A program made the position numbers and the translations under genes. A stretch of 20,000 nucleotides of DNA from an uncultured virus (IMG/VR IMGVR_UViG_3300033553_000824). Lineage: Duplodnaviria > Heunggongvirae > Uroviricota > Caudoviricetes. The notes below the pieces were generated by a model. It was not told where the DNA came from. It made no database searches and saw nothing but the letters and a program-made list of their open reading frames with translations. This document shows, piece after piece, positions 17,196 to 20,000 of this stretch (the first letter of the stretch is position 1; each line of letters begins with the position of its first letter). The stretch lies in the IMG/VR virus record IMGVR_UViG_3300033553_000824; one strand, written 5' to 3'.

Positions 17196-20000
17196 TTAGC
17201 TGACAGCCCTTACCCATCTTATTTTCCCGGCATCCCATATGCGCGGTATATTATTGAGTTCAGCTAATCCTTTTTCGCTTAGTGTTTCATCCCATAATAG
17301 GTTGGGGTCTTCACGGAAGCGTTTCAACCTGTAATTGAATTTGTGTATACGTTTGTTACCGATTACGTACATGTAGTCTGGTTCAAGTTCTTTGTCTTTG
17401 ACAAAATTGTTGTTCTCATATAGCCCTCCGTCGCTAATACAGTTATCTGAGAAGGTAACCCATGTTTTAATGTTCTCTTCTTCTTTAGCTAGTTCTTTTT
17501 CAGCGTGTTTCAAGAGTTTTGTGAACCCTCCTGGAGTTGGTCCGGAAGTTGCGTAACGCTCTATGAGCCATTCACCTTCATGGCCTTTGTTGCCACTCCT
17601 TTTCAGCACTATAACGGCTCTGAGGCCTGTTTCTGGGCTTGTGAGACCATAGTATTTGGTTCCTGTTGCTGGGCCTTGAATATGGTTAACTAATAAGAAC
17701 GTGGCGGCTTGTTTGTAGTCAAGTTCAGTTGGTTTTAGTTTCCTTGCACCTATACTCGGTTGGGTGTTCTCTTGTAGTTTATGAAGTAAGGCTTGTTTGA
17801 TGAAAGCTTTGTTTTCTAACCAGTCATCTTCCCATATCTGGATTAGTTGGATACCTTTGCTTTTACATTGTTGGTATTTGTTGTAATGGTATTCTCTAGT
17901 TTTACCTGCCCTCTCAGAGTGCCAGTAGAGGCCGTTGAATTCTATTGCGAGGTTCTTCTCTGGAATGTATATATCGAGTTCATATTTACCTATGACATCG
18001 CGCTGTGAGGTTAGTATGCTCAATGAGGGTAGGTTATTCTTAAGGAATGTTGACATTTCTATTTCTGCTTTTGAAATTGAGTATGTGCAGGTGGGGCAGC
18101 GACTTCCAGCTGTTACAGCATAAATGTATGCTTGCCATTCGTGTCCTTTTTCACAGATCCACCAGGGCCTGTGACCCGAGCCGTGTACATAGTCCCCTGG
18201 GTTAGCGGTGTTCTTTGCGGGATGCCATAGTTCAATGACTTCAGGATGTGTGGTTGTAAGGTCGTTGAAACCAACCAATAGCTTCTGATTTGAGCACACA
18301 GGGCAATTAGTCTGGCTGCCTGTCCTGGCTGCAACAGCTGTTTTCCATTCATGCCCTTTAGCACATAGCCACCATGCTGGTGTTGAAGTTTTGCTCATTA
18401 CCTTATCGGGCGTTGTAATATTTTTTGTGGGATGCCATTGAGCAGCTATTTCAGGGTAGAGTGCTGCTAAGTCGTTGAAACCAGTTAGCACACTCTGACC
18501 CGCACAGATTGAACAACCTGTTTGTTGTTTACCGGTTCGGCTCCATGTCACAGCATCCCATTCATGCCCGCATTCACCTAACCACCATATTCTGATATCG
18601 TCATTACCAGCTATAATCTGAGTTGGTTTCAGCTCACCATTTTTTGTGGGATGCCATTGCGCAGCTATTTCCGGGTTTGTGGTTGCCAGATCGTTAAAAC
18701 CTGTTAACAGTTTCTGGTTCGTACAGACAGCACAGTTACCTTTAGCTGATAACCTATAAGGTATAGTTGCTTCGCTTTCATGCCCTTTTTCGCAAACCCA
18801 AACTATCGGGGTGTAGCTTTTTCGGGTTACGGATGCTGGTGTTAAATTACCGTTTTTTGTAGGATGCCATTGAGCGGCTAGTTCAGGGTTTGTGGTTGCT
18901 ATATCGTTGAAACCTGTTAACAGTTCCCTGCCGTCGCAAACTGGGCATTTAATGTTTTTCTTTTGACGTAAGCTAAGAGGGGATGCCTCCCATTCGTGGT
19001 TCTTCTCACAGCTGAACAGAATAGGATTAGGGTATGAGGACATTATTTCTGATGGTTGTTTAACAGATTTTTTAGAAACCATCGCAGCAATCTCAGGGTG
19101 TGTGGTTGCCAGATCGTTGAAACCAGTTAACGTTTTCTGGTTAGAACAGTAGGGGCATTGTTTACGTTTTATTTCAGAAGCAACAGTGCCCTTCCAGTGG
19201 TGTTCACATGTGCTGTTAGTCCACCAAAAAATTTGTTTATTATCAGCTGAGCTCAGATCGGTTGGGGGTTCTTTTGTTGTGTTTTTTGTGGGGTGCCATT
19301 TCGAAGCGACATCCGGATGTTTAGTCACGAAATCATTGTCACCTGGGGCGATGTTGTGTCCTGAACATGTTGGGCATCCGTGGCCGCTCTTACGGCTGTA
19401 AACTTTAGCTGACCATTCATGTCCGCATTCACCTAACCACCAAATGTTTTTGTGGCTTCCTGCTGTAACTGCTGCTGGGGTTAGCTCACCATTTTTTGTG
19501 GGATGCCATTGTTCAGCTATGTTAGGGTGTGTTGTTGCCAGGTCGTTGAACCCTGTTAATGTTTTTTTGTTTTTACAAACAGGGCAGCTTACGCCTTTAG
19601 CTCTGAACTTCACAGCAGCTGGCCATTCATGCCCACATTCACCTAACCACCAAACATCTTTGTGACTTCCGCTTATAACCATTTCTGGTGTTAGCCCACC
19701 ATTTTTTGTGGGATGCCATTGTTTAGCTAACTCAGGATGGGTTGTAGTGAGGTCATTGAAACCTACAAGAATTTGTTTGTTAGAGCAAATTGAGCATCCT
19801 GTTGGTTTAACTTTCGCTCTCCTGGAAAGCGGTGTGGACCAAACGTGGTTAACGAACTTTTGACACTGCCAGTGAATTTCCTTATCGGACCCTGCTGTTA
19901 TGTTATCAGGGTTCAGACCTTCATTCAAAGTAGGGTGCCACTCTTTAAGTAAATGGGGGTGCGTAACAGACACAGGCTGTAAGTTCTTTACTTTCGGCAT
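17196..20000 (-). CDS. Zinc-ribbon x9 repeat protein with PD-(D/E)XK / Hef-like endonuclease module (paralogue 3)
   Basis: Nine ~70-aa repeats GFNDLATTHP..A.QWHPTKN..WW.C..GHEW...CPxC and the same C-terminal module. The ATG is at the window edge, so the RBS is not visible. Confidence 0.88.
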   Translation of the reverse strand: MPKVKNLQPVSVTHPHLLKEWHPTLNEGLNPDNITAGSDKEIHWQCQKFVNHVWSTPLSRRAKVKPTGCSICSNKQILVGFNDLTTTHPELAKQWHPTKNGGLTPEMVISGSHKDVWWLGECGHEWPAAVKFRAKGVSCPVCKNKKTLTGFNDLATTHPNIAEQWHPTKNGELTPAAVTAGSHKNIWWLGECGHEWSAKVYSRKSGHGCPTCSGHNIAPGDNDFVTKHPDVASKWHPTKNTTKEPPTDLSSADNKQIFWWTNSTCEHHWKGTVASEIKRKQCPYCSNQKTLTGFNDLATTHPEIAAMVSKKSVKQPSEIMSSYPNPILFSCEKNHEWEASPLSLRQKKNIKCPVCDGRELLTGFNDIATTNPELAAQWHPTKNGNLTPASVTRKSYTPIVWVCEKGHESEATIPYRLSAKGNCAVCTNQKLLTGFNDLATTNPEIAAQWHPTKNGELKPTQIIAGNDDIRIWWLGECGHEWDAVTWSRTGKQQTGCSICAGQSVLTGFNDLAALYPEIAAQWHPTKNITTPDKVMSKTSTPAWWLCAKGHEWKTAVAARTGSQTNCPVCSNQKLLVGFNDLTTTHPEVIELWHPAKNTANPGDYVHGSGHRPWWICEKGHEWQAYIYAVTAGSRCPTCTYSISKAEIEMSTFLKNNLPSLSILTSQRDVIGKYELDIYIPEKNLAIEFNGLYWHSERAGKTREYHYNKYQQCKSKGIQLIQIWEDDWLENKAFIKQALLHKLQENTQPSIGARKLKPTELDYKQAATFLLVNHIQGPATGTKYYGLTSPETGLRAVIVLKRSGNKGHEGEWLIERYATSGPTPGGFTKLLKHAEKELAKEEENIKTWVTFSDNCISDGGLYENNNFVKDKELEPDYMYVIGNKRIHKFNYRLKRFREDPNLLWDETLSEKGLAELNNIPRIWDAGKIRWVRAVS

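Noticed and set aside
18404..19890. Intragenic CCGATA hits on the minus strand (18404, 18804, 19883)
   Set aside because: Inside the coding sequence with no downstream RBS or start; consistent with background.

Overview
AT-rich window (roughly 40% GC by eye) with actinobacterial-type genes, most consistent with a jumbo phage or giant plasmid of an actinobacterium (inference). The left half (1-9300) is an accessory region of short genes. It holds a 5'-truncated ornithine cyclodeaminase, an MBL-fold phosphodiesterase, DUF2510 and DUF2510-derived membrane/lipoprotein genes that share a duplicated promoter-RBS-leader module, and an orphan minimal nucleotidyltransferase. The right half has a type IIA topoisomerase B subunit (ParE/GyrB) among three paralogous genes made of 5, 5 and 9 zinc-ribbon repeats fused to a conserved PD-(D/E)XK/Hef-like nuclease module, plus a probably frameshifted NERD-like nuclease. 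Two non-coding signals stand out. A CCG(A/T)TA promoter-like box lies about 30-50 nt upstream of many genes, and three copies of a 51-bp double-palindrome site (20-11-20, AGACA-N10-TGTCT) lie at gene boundaries.
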